DNA of 35,652 nt from an uncultured archaeon. Lineage in GTDB: Archaea; Asgardarchaeota; Heimdallarchaeia; Heimdallarchaeales; Heimdallarchaeaceae. The DNA lies in contig CAZJUB010000024.1 of the NCBI GenBank assembly GCA_964549075.1, forward strand, positions 1 through 35,652, given 5' to 3'. Numbering within the stretch: position 1 is the stretch's first letter; the number at the start of each line of letters is the position of its first letter. The position numbers were made by a program, and so were the translations under genes. This document shows, one piece after another, positions 26,601 through 34,693 of the stretch. Below the pieces are notes generated by a model. It had not been told where the DNA came from. It searched no databases and worked only from the letters and a program-made list of their open reading frames with translations.

Positions 26601-29600
26601 AAGTTAATTCATTTAAATCAGAAGTCACGGGAGACATCTATAAATATAGAAATTTTGGTTTTCGAGCAATTGAAAGTTGGTCGACAAGACTTGAATTATA
26701 TAATTGGACTCTAACAGTTGATACTGCGGATATAGACCAAGATGGGAAGGGTGAGATAATTGTAGGAGATTATGATAATAATGTATACATCTTCGAGCAC
26801 ATTACTAATAATACTTACAAAATAGCCTTTAGATCTCCAGATATGTATCAAAACTATCCAACAACTGAATCACCATATGCTTGGGATCAATTTGGAACCT
26901 TTACAGGAGAGTTTAATCAAACCATATGGAACCATGTTTCACACATTTTAGTAGGCGTTGATCTCAATAAAAATGGCTATTTAGAACTTGTTGCTTTAGC
27001 AGGTACGGTCTTTTACATTTTTGAAACAGCATATGATGAATTTGATGGAAGAATAATTGATGACACCTATATTTTAGTGCAGAAGTATGATTTGTTATTA
27101 AGCACTGAAGCTTCTTATTTGAAAGAAAATTCCTATCTAGAATCAACAGGTCTTAGTTGGGCTAAGGATCTCGATTTAGATGGACATAGTGAAATTATTG
27201 TGGCGTTCGGTGCGCAATTATTTGTCTATGTGCCCACCTTAGGAAAAGTTTACGAATTATTTGGAAATGTTCCTCCTTACACAGATTCTGGGCATTACAA
27301 TCTACCTGGAAATAGCTTAATATATGATAATCTCTCTATCTCTGGAGTTCAAGTGTTTGATACCAACCAAAATGGGATTGAAGAAATTATTATATATGGT
27401 GATATAGGAAGAGAAGGTTGGAACGAAATTGGATTTCTAGGTATTATTGAATATAATAACATTGGATATCAAATAATTTGGGAACTTCCTTCAAATTCGT
27501 TAATTAACAACAAAATATATACTGTGGAGGTAGCTGACCAAGATTATGATGGCAAATGGGAATTACTTATTGGTGGAGAAAAAGGTATCTCAATATGGGA
27601 ATACAGTAATGGAACATATGAACAAATAAGTGTTGTTACAGGTCATTTAAATTATCCTCATATGCAATCATATTCATTCTTTGGAGAAAACAACAATTAT
27701 GCTTCTGATTTTCAAATCCCACAAAGATCACACGATATTATTCAATTTATTTATAGTGGGACTAATCATTCGTATTTAGCTGTTTGGTCTGAAGACAAAA
27801 CTGGAGTTGGACCTATAAGACTCTACCAAGCTATAAGTCAAGATGGTGAAAATTGGCACTCTGTACAAGCTTTACCACTTTACAATAGTTTTGATATGCT
27901 ATTTCCATCCTTAGTCCAAATTGAAGATGGAACGATTTATCTGATATGGACACAGCTTTCTCTTGTTGCTTTAGATATCTATGGCATTTTCATGATGAAT
28001 TCCACCAATAATGGAGTAAGTTGGAGCACTCCATATGTGATATTTTCTGACTATGGCATATCAGATAATCCCTTTAGATCGCCTTCTGTATTTTCTTATA
28101 GTGATAAAGGATTCGGCTTTAGTTTCGTATATAATAATGAAGTAACTTCTACAGCTAAATTTGGTTTTTATAATAAGAATACTGGAATTATTACCACTCC
28201 TGTAACAATTCAAGGATTAATTGATGATGAATTCTTTGTAAATGGAATTGATGTAGTAGAGAAACCAGATAATCCTGAAACTTATGCTGTTTCAATAAGC
28301 GCTCATAGAAAATCAGAGGATAAGGATGATTATGATATTTGGTTCTTTGAATTGAATTCTACATTAGGTTTTTCAATAGAACCTAGAAAATTAATTGAAA
28401 GTCCTGCAGTAGAACATACGCCTAGTATTATTTATCTAAGAACTGGATACTACCCACTCATGATTACTTATGATGCTTCTGGATACATGCAAGCTATGAG
28501 TACTTCTTATGGAATTGTTTCATCAGACTATCTAGAATGGTCTAATCCAGATATTTTAGCTGTTTATCCTGATTATATCATACCAGATCCAATAGTGCAT
28601 ACATCTCCAACATTCAAAACACTTGATGATTGTCGTATTAATTCAATGGGATTTAGAGGACCTAAAATTGCTCCAACTTTTGATGGTGGATTTGTACTTC
28701 TAACAAAATTCGATATAGATGGAGCTGAACTTATTCCTTATCAACCTCTATATTGGGAAGATCTTCTTTGTCAAGTATATGCTTTGAATGTATCCAGCTT
28801 TACTGCACTTGGAAAAGCTACAGATATTGCTGTGGGAGATTCTGATGGAGATGGTTTAAATGAGTTATTAATAGCTGATGGTATAAAAGTTAGATTGTTT
28901 GAACTTTATTCAACAAAATCTGGTTTTCATGGGTATATACTTAAATGGAAGAGCAAAAATTATGATAGCGACGTTTCTGATGTCTCAATCTATGATACAA
29001 ATGGTAACAACTTTGATGAATTGATTTTCAGTGTGCAAGGAGAAGATGTCTATGTTTATGAAACCAGAGACATATTTGTTGACAGAATAAGAATAGAGGT
29101 ACCTTTGCTTGCTTTTACAACATTTGACACAAATCATGCAAACTATGAACGTTCTATATCATTAGATATTAATGACGATGGTTACGAAGATTATATAGTG
29201 GTGATGGAAACAGGAGAAGTCTATGCTTTTGATGGTTTATCTGGTTTACAGGAATGGCAAGTGCTAAATTCTGGAGAGATACAAACCTTGGAGATTGGTA
29301 ACTATGAAAATACTATTGCCATATTTCTACTTTATACTAATGGAGATGTTTATTGGCTTGATAAAAATGATGGAAACGTACTTACAACATATAATTTAAG
29401 TGGTTCTGATACATATATAGATAAAACCCTTCTATATGATTATAATAGTGATTCAATTGATGATATAATTGCCTTTACTTCAGATTATGAATTAATAACT
29501 TATGATGGTTCTGATGGTTTTAATTTACCATATTCAGAAGATTTTGTAGATGTAAGTCTCAGAGGAATAACTATTGCCTATGAATCCTTAACTCCTTACA

Positions 29601-31513
29601 TTATTTTAGCTTTAAACAATGATACTATTGTTGGACTTGATATTAATTTAGTTGAACAATGGAAATTTTATGTAGACAATGTCGATAGTGATACACGTGT
29701 TTTTGCAAAAGATTTAGATGGTGATCAGATTTCTGAAATTTTCATTTCTTCTAATCCATTTATATTAATTTATCCTAATGGTACGTGGATATGGGATGTA
29801 ACTCATACATCGTTCGCTTCCTCTGCTTTCTTCTTTGATATCAACAATGATAATGTTCTCGATATAATCATAAATGGAGGAAATTCAGAAATTGCTTCTG
29901 CATACGATGGAAGAAATGGTAAAATTCTATGGAGCTATATAAATAATAATTTTGTAAGTGAAGAGTTAGTTGTTGGTAAAATAAATAATAATGTTGAACT
30001 TTTCTTTAGTTTTTATGATTTGGATTCAAATTTTGGAGTTGGTTCATTGTCTCTTTTAGGAACATTAAATTGGATAACTATCACAACAAATGATATATTA
30101 AACAAACCAATAGAATTGCAATCGATTCTAGTAGATGGAGGATTAGGCGTTATCTTTGGAAATGAAGGTGGAGAGATTAAAGCTATTACTTCAGAGGAAT
30201 TGATCTATGAAGAAACTGAAATTGATCCATTAAGCAGTATGAATCTTGAAAAAATTGTTTCCAGTAATACTTACATAACTAAAGGTACTATTGTTTTAGG
30301 AAACTTTTATGGTGGTGACACTCCTTACCTTTTCTATGTTGAAAATGGAACAAAAGCGATTGTTTATGATTTACTTAGTCGCCAAATATTATATTCTAAA
30401 GACTTATCTTTACGAGGAAATGTTACTCAAGTATTAGCTGCGGATCTTATTGGCGATGGTATTCCTAATGCTGTATACTTACGCACTAATAGTTTTGAGT
30501 TTGGAATAATCGATCTAACAACAATGAATTATGCACAAACACATCTTGGCGTAAATATGGTTCAAGTTTATGATATGATCTCAGCACCTATTACAGGAGG
30601 AGTAGATTCTCTTGTTATTGCTTTTCATGATATATCTGGAAATGATAGAATCAGATGCTTAGATTGGAAAGGAGTATATCTCTGGGCTGATATTACTGTA
30701 TCTCAAGAAGTAAAACAACTCTTAGCAGGTCATCTTTTAGATGTATCTGGTGATAATGGCAATCTATTAATTGTTAGACTTGAAGATAATCTTAAATTAT
30801 ACACTTTGAGTGATGGAATACATTTGAGAGATGTTATTACAGGTGATGTTGGTTTAGTTGAAATAGGTTCTCATTCTGATGCTATTTCCTATAATTTCAT
30901 CTACTTTAGATATATGAATGAAATATACTGTTATGATGCAGAAAATGATCTCGTTGTGTGGCAAACAGAATTAGTAAGTAACGCTGAACTATTAGATATT
31001 GAAATAGCAAATATTGATGTTGATGCATATTATGAAATTTTCATTAGTCAAAATGGAACTCGTCTATACCAACTTGATGGATTAAATGGAACTATTGATG
31101 CGTATCACATTCATAACTCCTTTGAAACAAATCAACTTGAAGTACTAATGGATACGACAAATAACTATAGATTGTTAATAAAAGATTATCATAGATTGTT
31201 TGTACAAAATGTAGAAAATGAAGAAATATTACTAGCTACAAATAATCAATTTTACAAAGTAACAGATTTAACTCTATGGCCAAATGATAATTTATCAAAC
31301 AAAACATTCTTCATATTATTAGCAAATAATGCAATCTATGCATACAATATAAGTGAAGTTTTTGCTTTTCCATTAAGAAACCCAGGAGAGTCATATAATA
31401 TTAATATCAGCAAAGTGCTAAGTATGTCAATACCAGCTTCAATGATGTTAATAACACTTATAACCCTACTAGTAATGGTCTCAAAAAAGAAGAAAAAGGT
31501 AAAATTAACTTAA
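23600..31513 (+). CDS. Giant FG-GAP/VCBS multi-beta-propeller surface protein with Asp-box (BNR) and PQQ-like modules
   Basis: N-terminal signal/TM; about 20 DxDxDGxx[DE]hhh motifs (DIDDDGDIDLVV, DIDQDGKGEIIVG, GDSDGDGLNELLIA); Asp-boxes SQDGENW and STNNGVSW; PQQ-like AFDGLSGLQEW and AYDGRNGKILW; C-terminal TM plus KKKKKVKLT. ATGA overlap with the upstream gene. Confidence 0.88.
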   Translation: MNLQARFFKKKLLSIIVLVIVVDSIFLTIPKLSLADDEKLNPLDSISLDELNRLLGKPIPNDKEFDENQVYNQDIDLSSYLQDYTNDYYQVFQPWKTRAAVRCIEISDDYQYMVVGGGYLYDNEIHIYRWNSLNNQYVKVWNSGDEIITEDVIDVDIADTDHNQFLEIVAASADGSFHVFEQKHIYDPTSNTENMFEHVYSSPYLGQVFGVEINDTDSDYNPDIVVVSWDNKVHVFEYTTHSGYPFAPEHWIDYEEKWTSTNMGQHPTSLVVGDTNANGLPDFVVGTREGGIFIFENNGTILDIHGQPYPLCQDNSYKLIYSDTSSIWAPIYAMDIGNLDGRIGDEVAIASFATNAYVLRYDHILEDYYLQKLIKGFEPWTLKDFYPADNWADNLIDGYRVYFNDPNAGFGTAVPEPISLSDPWFIKGNYPYNSGSLQNNITCMTLFDSSPTELTYAIYDFGADEEGTGNGNSRADFSIVFQTPYSTVDINDFEISISQDLRHWTKIDPSSISKGYSTEMFASLDIDVDSNMIANQWDYFQYVNVTVLKGSPDYRIYRLELHYVNARVDTALAVNIGTLASGTAPGDILPQILIGTVDGRIVSFIYNQLEDEFTLTWDSWVDDRFSLETNIWDLEQVKTLGTMPMIMGMTDLETDYQWVYDPSPKSQLGGLNIFDYDIENIDGDSLGDGDFIVTAEDGNVYFFDNEFNYISSKTSDYFTTINNRAQYNNKNLSISAANIWNHVNYPGSEILIGWYDESISNLYDDFYDDSSTTIPADIEFWYRSGGGNLYGNPTSLTDLEVTGQLEELLKTAQSIPSVDGIDIDDDGDIDLVVCVDNLYLLLNIGTSDLPQFTLDSDYFKDINEVQGKRKFFSPQFVEFDHDNDYDLIIGYSNRVGATYLENYGKVDDPEWTEKKELLNNFDEEAAINVYNLTRPLFVSYLDNSVSDTMQLSLTTGIDYSNRYLNFLMFDVYANNVHKFLIQYNMQTSFMVATNPVLSRLEVNSFKSEVTGDIYKYRNFGFRAIESWSTRLELYNWTLTVDTADIDQDGKGEIIVGDYDNNVYIFEHITNNTYKIAFRSPDMYQNYPTTESPYAWDQFGTFTGEFNQTIWNHVSHILVGVDLNKNGYLELVALAGTVFYIFETAYDEFDGRIIDDTYILVQKYDLLLSTEASYLKENSYLESTGLSWAKDLDLDGHSEIIVAFGAQLFVYVPTLGKVYELFGNVPPYTDSGHYNLPGNSLIYDNLSISGVQVFDTNQNGIEEIIIYGDIGREGWNEIGFLGIIEYNNIGYQIIWELPSNSLINNKIYTVEVADQDYDGKWELLIGGEKGISIWEYSNGTYEQISVVTGHLNYPHMQSYSFFGENNNYASDFQIPQRSHDIIQFIYSGTNHSYLAVWSEDKTGVGPIRLYQAISQDGENWHSVQALPLYNSFDMLFPSLVQIEDGTIYLIWTQLSLVALDIYGIFMMNSTNNGVSWSTPYVIFSDYGISDNPFRSPSVFSYSDKGFGFSFVYNNEVTSTAKFGFYNKNTGIITTPVTIQGLIDDEFFVNGIDVVEKPDNPETYAVSISAHRKSEDKDDYDIWFFELNSTLGFSIEPRKLIESPAVEHTPSIIYLRTGYYPLMITYDASGYMQAMSTSYGIVSSDYLEWSNPDILAVYPDYIIPDPIVHTSPTFKTLDDCRINSMGFRGPKIAPTFDGGFVLLTKFDIDGAELIPYQPLYWEDLLCQVYALNVSSFTALGKATDIAVGDSDGDGLNELLIADGIKVRLFELYSTKSGFHGYILKWKSKNYDSDVSDVSIYDTNGNNFDELIFSVQGEDVYVYETRDIFVDRIRIEVPLLAFTTFDTNHANYERSISLDINDDGYEDYIVVMETGEVYAFDGLSGLQEWQVLNSGEIQTLEIGNYENTIAIFLLYTNGDVYWLDKNDGNVLTTYNLSGSDTYIDKTLLYDYNSDSIDDIIAFTSDYELITYDGSDGFNLPYSEDFVDVSLRGITIAYESLTPYIILALNNDTIVGLDINLVEQWKFYVDNVDSDTRVFAKDLDGDQISEIFISSNPFILIYPNGTWIWDVTHTSFASSAFFFDINNDNVLDIIINGGNSEIASAYDGRNGKILWSYINNNFVSEELVVGKINNNVELFFSFYDLDSNFGVGSLSLLGTLNWITITTNDILNKPIELQSILVDGGLGVIFGNEGGEIKAITSEELIYEETEIDPLSSMNLEKIVSSNTYITKGTIVLGNFYGGDTPYLFYVENGTKAIVYDLLSRQILYSKDLSLRGNVTQVLAADLIGDGIPNAVYLRTNSFEFGIIDLTTMNYAQTHLGVNMVQVYDMISAPITGGVDSLVIAFHDISGNDRIRCLDWKGVYLWADITVSQEVKQLLAGHLLDVSGDNGNLLIVRLEDNLKLYTLSDGIHLRDVITGDVGLVEIGSHSDAISYNFIYFRYMNEIYCYDAENDLVVWQTELVSNAELLDIEIANIDVDAYYEIFISQNGTRLYQLDGLNGTIDAYHIHNSFETNQLEVLMDTTNNYRLLIKDYHRLFVQNVENEEILLATNNQFYKVTDLTLWPNDNLSNKTFFILLANNAIYAYNISEVFAFPLRNPGESYNINISKVLSMSIPASMMLITLITLLVMVSKKKKKVKLT

Positions 31514-31532
31514 TTTTTTCAATTTTCCTTCT

Positions 31533-31618
31533 TTTTTTCTCTTTTTTCTTATATTTTTAGAATTCTCGAGAAATATTTTTATTCTTTAACATGCTAAATT
31601 CGATGATAGATAAAATTA
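31533..31618 (+). repeat. Non-coding repeat, copy 1 (T-tract terminator, palindrome and promoter-like core)
   Basis: 81/86 nt identical to 34595-34680; the core 31554-31618 is 63/65 identical. Contains the perfect palindrome TTCTCGAGAA (31563-31572). Confidence 0.95.
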
Positions 31619-31631
31619 CGAGATGTCCTAT

Positions 31632-34574
31632 ATGAGTTTTAAAAATATAAATTTTCGAGGGAGAACAATCGTTTTACTGTTATTTCTAACTGGATTATTA
31701 TACCTGAATATTAATAATCCCTCATTAACCAATGTTCAAGCAGCTTCTGGCTCTTTCACAGAAGATTTCACCACCACAACTTATATGGATAGTTCAAGTA
31801 CTAATGTAAGTGGTTGGGGGAAAGGAAGTATAGAAAATTCAAAGAAAGAACCAACAATAATCGGAAATATTAGTTCTTCTCTGATTGGTGATACTCTTGA
31901 TGTTTTTGTAGATGGAGATTATGCATATGTAACAAATGAAAATGAAGGATTAAAGATAGTCAATATTTCAAATCCATCGAATCCCAATATTGTAGGTTCG
32001 TATTCCACACCAGATATAGCTCAAAGTGTTTTTATTGATGGAGATTATGCTTTTCTTGCTGATTTTCATGGTGATACATATTGGGTAAACTTTCAAGTTT
32101 TAGATGTTAGTGATCCTACTAATCCTTTATCTCTTGGAAATTGTTCGACTTTTTATTATGCTAGAGCAGTGGTTGTTGAAGGGAATTATGCCTATGTTGC
32201 AAATAGTGAATATGGTTTGAGTATCGTAGATATATCTGATCCAAGCAATCCTTCACAAACAAGAGTAATAAATACAAATGGGAAATCGTATGATTTAGCA
32301 ATTGCAGGAAATTACATTTTTCTAGCTGATGGAACAAACGGGCTTGTTGTAATGAACATCACTAATCCTCTCACTCCATCAATTGTTGCTACTTATAAAA
32401 CAAGTATTAGTTGTGTTACAAATGTTGTTTTGGAAGGGAATTATGCCTTTATCATTGATTTGGATGTTGGGGTAATAGTATTAGATGTTAAAGATCCTAC
32501 AACACCTATGTTTGTAGAATTATGGAGTAAAAGTGGTGTTTCTGATGCTTATGTTTATGGTGATTTTCTTTATGTCACAGATATAAGTGGAGGATTATCA
32601 GCTTTAAATATAACTAATCCAACCACACCTCAATTTATTCAAACCATCTCTCTTCCAGGAACTGCTCAAACGATTGTAATTGACGGAATTTACGCTTATC
32701 TAGCCTGTCAAACGGGAGGTTTTCAGGTAGTTAAAATTGCGGATCCTTCATTTCCTCCAACTCTTGTAGGTTCTTATAATACTCCTGGAGGTTCTTTAGG
32801 AGTGTATGTTTCTGGAGATTATGCTTATGTCGCAGATAATGATTTTTTTGTAACTCTAGATATAAGTGATCCTCTCACTCCTTCATTAGTTAATTCGTAT
32901 TCTATTTCTGGGTTAACTTGGAATGTTTTTATTTCTGGAGACCTTGCTTATCTAGCGTCTGGTTCTGCAGGATTACAAATTCTAAATATTAGCAATCCTT
33001 CCTCTCCTACTAATGTAGGTTCATATGTTACACCTGATTCTGCTCATGATATTTTTGTATCAGGTAACTATGCTTTCATAGCAGATGAATATGGTGGATT
33101 GCAAATACTTGACATTACTGATCCTACTTCTCCGACATTTACGAGTAATTATGCTACAACACATAGAGCGTGGAGTATTTTTGTTTCCGGGAATTATGCA
33201 TACTTAACAGATTATGATAATTATGAATTGGTTATTTTAAATATCACTAATCCTTCCTCTCCTACTTTTGTTGGTTCTTATATCACACCTTGGTATACAA
33301 GCGATGTTTATGTTTCTGGGAATTACGCTTACCTAACTCATACAAATGGATTTCTTGTTCTAAATGTTAGTGTCCCTTCAATCCCTACACTTGCAGGTTC
33401 CTATGCAAATGATTACCCAACAAGTGTATTTATTTCTGGAGACTATGCTTATGTAGCTAATGGATATGGTTTGATTGTTCTAGATATTGAAAATCCCTCT
33501 TCTCCTACTTTTTTTGGTTCATGTAATACTCCAGGTGATACATGGGGAATTTTTATCTCAGGTGATTATGCTTATATTGCGGATGATGCGTATGGGATAC
33601 AAGTTGTTGAAGTAAGAAAGAATAGAGCTCGACAGTTTACTTCTTTATGTGTTGCTCAGTCTAATACAGCCTTTTCTGCTAGCTCATCTAATATTATAAG
33701 TGCAAAATTAGTTGCTAGTGAAAATATTACTTCTTCCACTTCTATAACCTATTCTCTTTCTGTAGATGGGGGAAATATTTGGGAGACAATTACTCCAGGG
33801 ATAGAACATGACTTTAGCAATATTGGTAATCAACTTAAATGGAAAACTATTCTGACTACTTCAGATGTTTCAGTATCTCCTTTGATTCATAACCTTTCAA
33901 TTTACTATAGTACAAACTTGATTGCTCCCTCTCTTGATTTACCTCTAGATAGTTATATAGCTGATGATTATACTCCTACATTTACATGGTTTGGCGTTGA
34001 TGGTGAAACCAATTATCTCTTCCAATTATCTACTTCCACGAGTTTTACTTCTCCTCTTCTCAACCTTACTCTCCCTTCCTTAAGTACCAGTTATACCCCA
34101 ATTACGAATTTAGACCCTAATACCTATTACTGGAGAGTTGCTGGTGTTGACTCAGAAGGGGATATAGGACTTTTTTCAGCATATCGGACTATCTACGTTA
34201 TAGAAGATACGGATGTTCCGTTCATTGATGATATAGTAGATTTCTCCTATCCATATAATCAAACAGGTAATTCTCTCACTTGGCATCCTACCGATTCCAA
34301 TCCTGCTTGGTATAATATCACTATTGATGGTATTCTTGAAGATGAAGGACCATGGGGAGGAGAAAGTATAACAATAAATGTAGATGATTTAGACGTTGGA
34401 GTACATACAGTCATCTGTTATGTTTATGATGTAGAAGGACTAAGTAATGCTGATATAGTAAGTATAACTGTAAATATAATAATTCCAGAATTCGGGAGAC
34501 TGTATTATAGCATACTGGTTACTGTTCCTGTTATTATAGTAATATTCTACAAAAAGCAAAAACAATTATTCTGA
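31632..34574 (+). CDS. LVIVD-repeat beta-propeller surface protein with Ig/Fn3-like stalk and PEF-CTERM-like tail
   Basis: Signal peptide ending VQA-AS; about 14 repeats of V(F)VSGDYAYVA..GLxIxxIxxPxxP; TYYWRVAGVD; tail IPEF + TM + KKQKQ. ATG 31632 lies exactly 3062 nt before the paralog's ATG, which supports it over 31623. Confidence 0.9.
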   Translation: MSFKNINFRGRTIVLLLFLTGLLYLNINNPSLTNVQAASGSFTEDFTTTTYMDSSSTNVSGWGKGSIENSKKEPTIIGNISSSLIGDTLDVFVDGDYAYVTNENEGLKIVNISNPSNPNIVGSYSTPDIAQSVFIDGDYAFLADFHGDTYWVNFQVLDVSDPTNPLSLGNCSTFYYARAVVVEGNYAYVANSEYGLSIVDISDPSNPSQTRVINTNGKSYDLAIAGNYIFLADGTNGLVVMNITNPLTPSIVATYKTSISCVTNVVLEGNYAFIIDLDVGVIVLDVKDPTTPMFVELWSKSGVSDAYVYGDFLYVTDISGGLSALNITNPTTPQFIQTISLPGTAQTIVIDGIYAYLACQTGGFQVVKIADPSFPPTLVGSYNTPGGSLGVYVSGDYAYVADNDFFVTLDISDPLTPSLVNSYSISGLTWNVFISGDLAYLASGSAGLQILNISNPSSPTNVGSYVTPDSAHDIFVSGNYAFIADEYGGLQILDITDPTSPTFTSNYATTHRAWSIFVSGNYAYLTDYDNYELVILNITNPSSPTFVGSYITPWYTSDVYVSGNYAYLTHTNGFLVLNVSVPSIPTLAGSYANDYPTSVFISGDYAYVANGYGLIVLDIENPSSPTFFGSCNTPGDTWGIFISGDYAYIADDAYGIQVVEVRKNRARQFTSLCVAQSNTAFSASSSNIISAKLVASENITSSTSITYSLSVDGGNIWETITPGIEHDFSNIGNQLKWKTILTTSDVSVSPLIHNLSIYYSTNLIAPSLDLPLDSYIADDYTPTFTWFGVDGETNYLFQLSTSTSFTSPLLNLTLPSLSTSYTPITNLDPNTYYWRVAGVDSEGDIGLFSAYRTIYVIEDTDVPFIDDIVDFSYPYNQTGNSLTWHPTDSNPAWYNITIDGILEDEGPWGGESITINVDDLDVGVHTVICYVYDVEGLSNADIVSITVNIIIPEFGRLYYSILVTVPVIIVIFYKKQKQLF

Positions 34575-34594
34575 AATCTTATCATCCTTTTCTC

Positions 34595-34680
34595 TTTTTT
34601 CTCATTTTTCTTGTCTTTTTAGAATTCTCGAGAAATCTTTTTATTCTTTAACATGCTAAATTCGATGATAGACAAAATTA
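34595..34680 (+). repeat. Non-coding repeat, copy 2
   Basis: Partner of 31533-31618 at offset 3062; palindrome TTCTCGAGAA at 34625-34634; followed by an AGGAG SD-like motif. Confidence 0.95.
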
Positions 34681-34693
34681 AGGAGAGATTTAA

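Noticed and set aside
32994-33266. Exact 18-nt repeat AATCCTTCCTCTCCTACT (32994, 33249) with several A-to-T differences nearby, as a DGR template/variable pair or CRISPR repeat
   Set aside because: Both copies are in-frame parts of LVIVD coding repeats, non-A mismatches also occur, and there is no reverse transcriptase or spacer structure.
31533-34680. The 65-86 nt direct repeats as the ends of a transposon or prophage att sites
   Set aside because: No transposase or integrase, and homology continues into the paralogous coding regions at the same offset, which fits tandem duplication.
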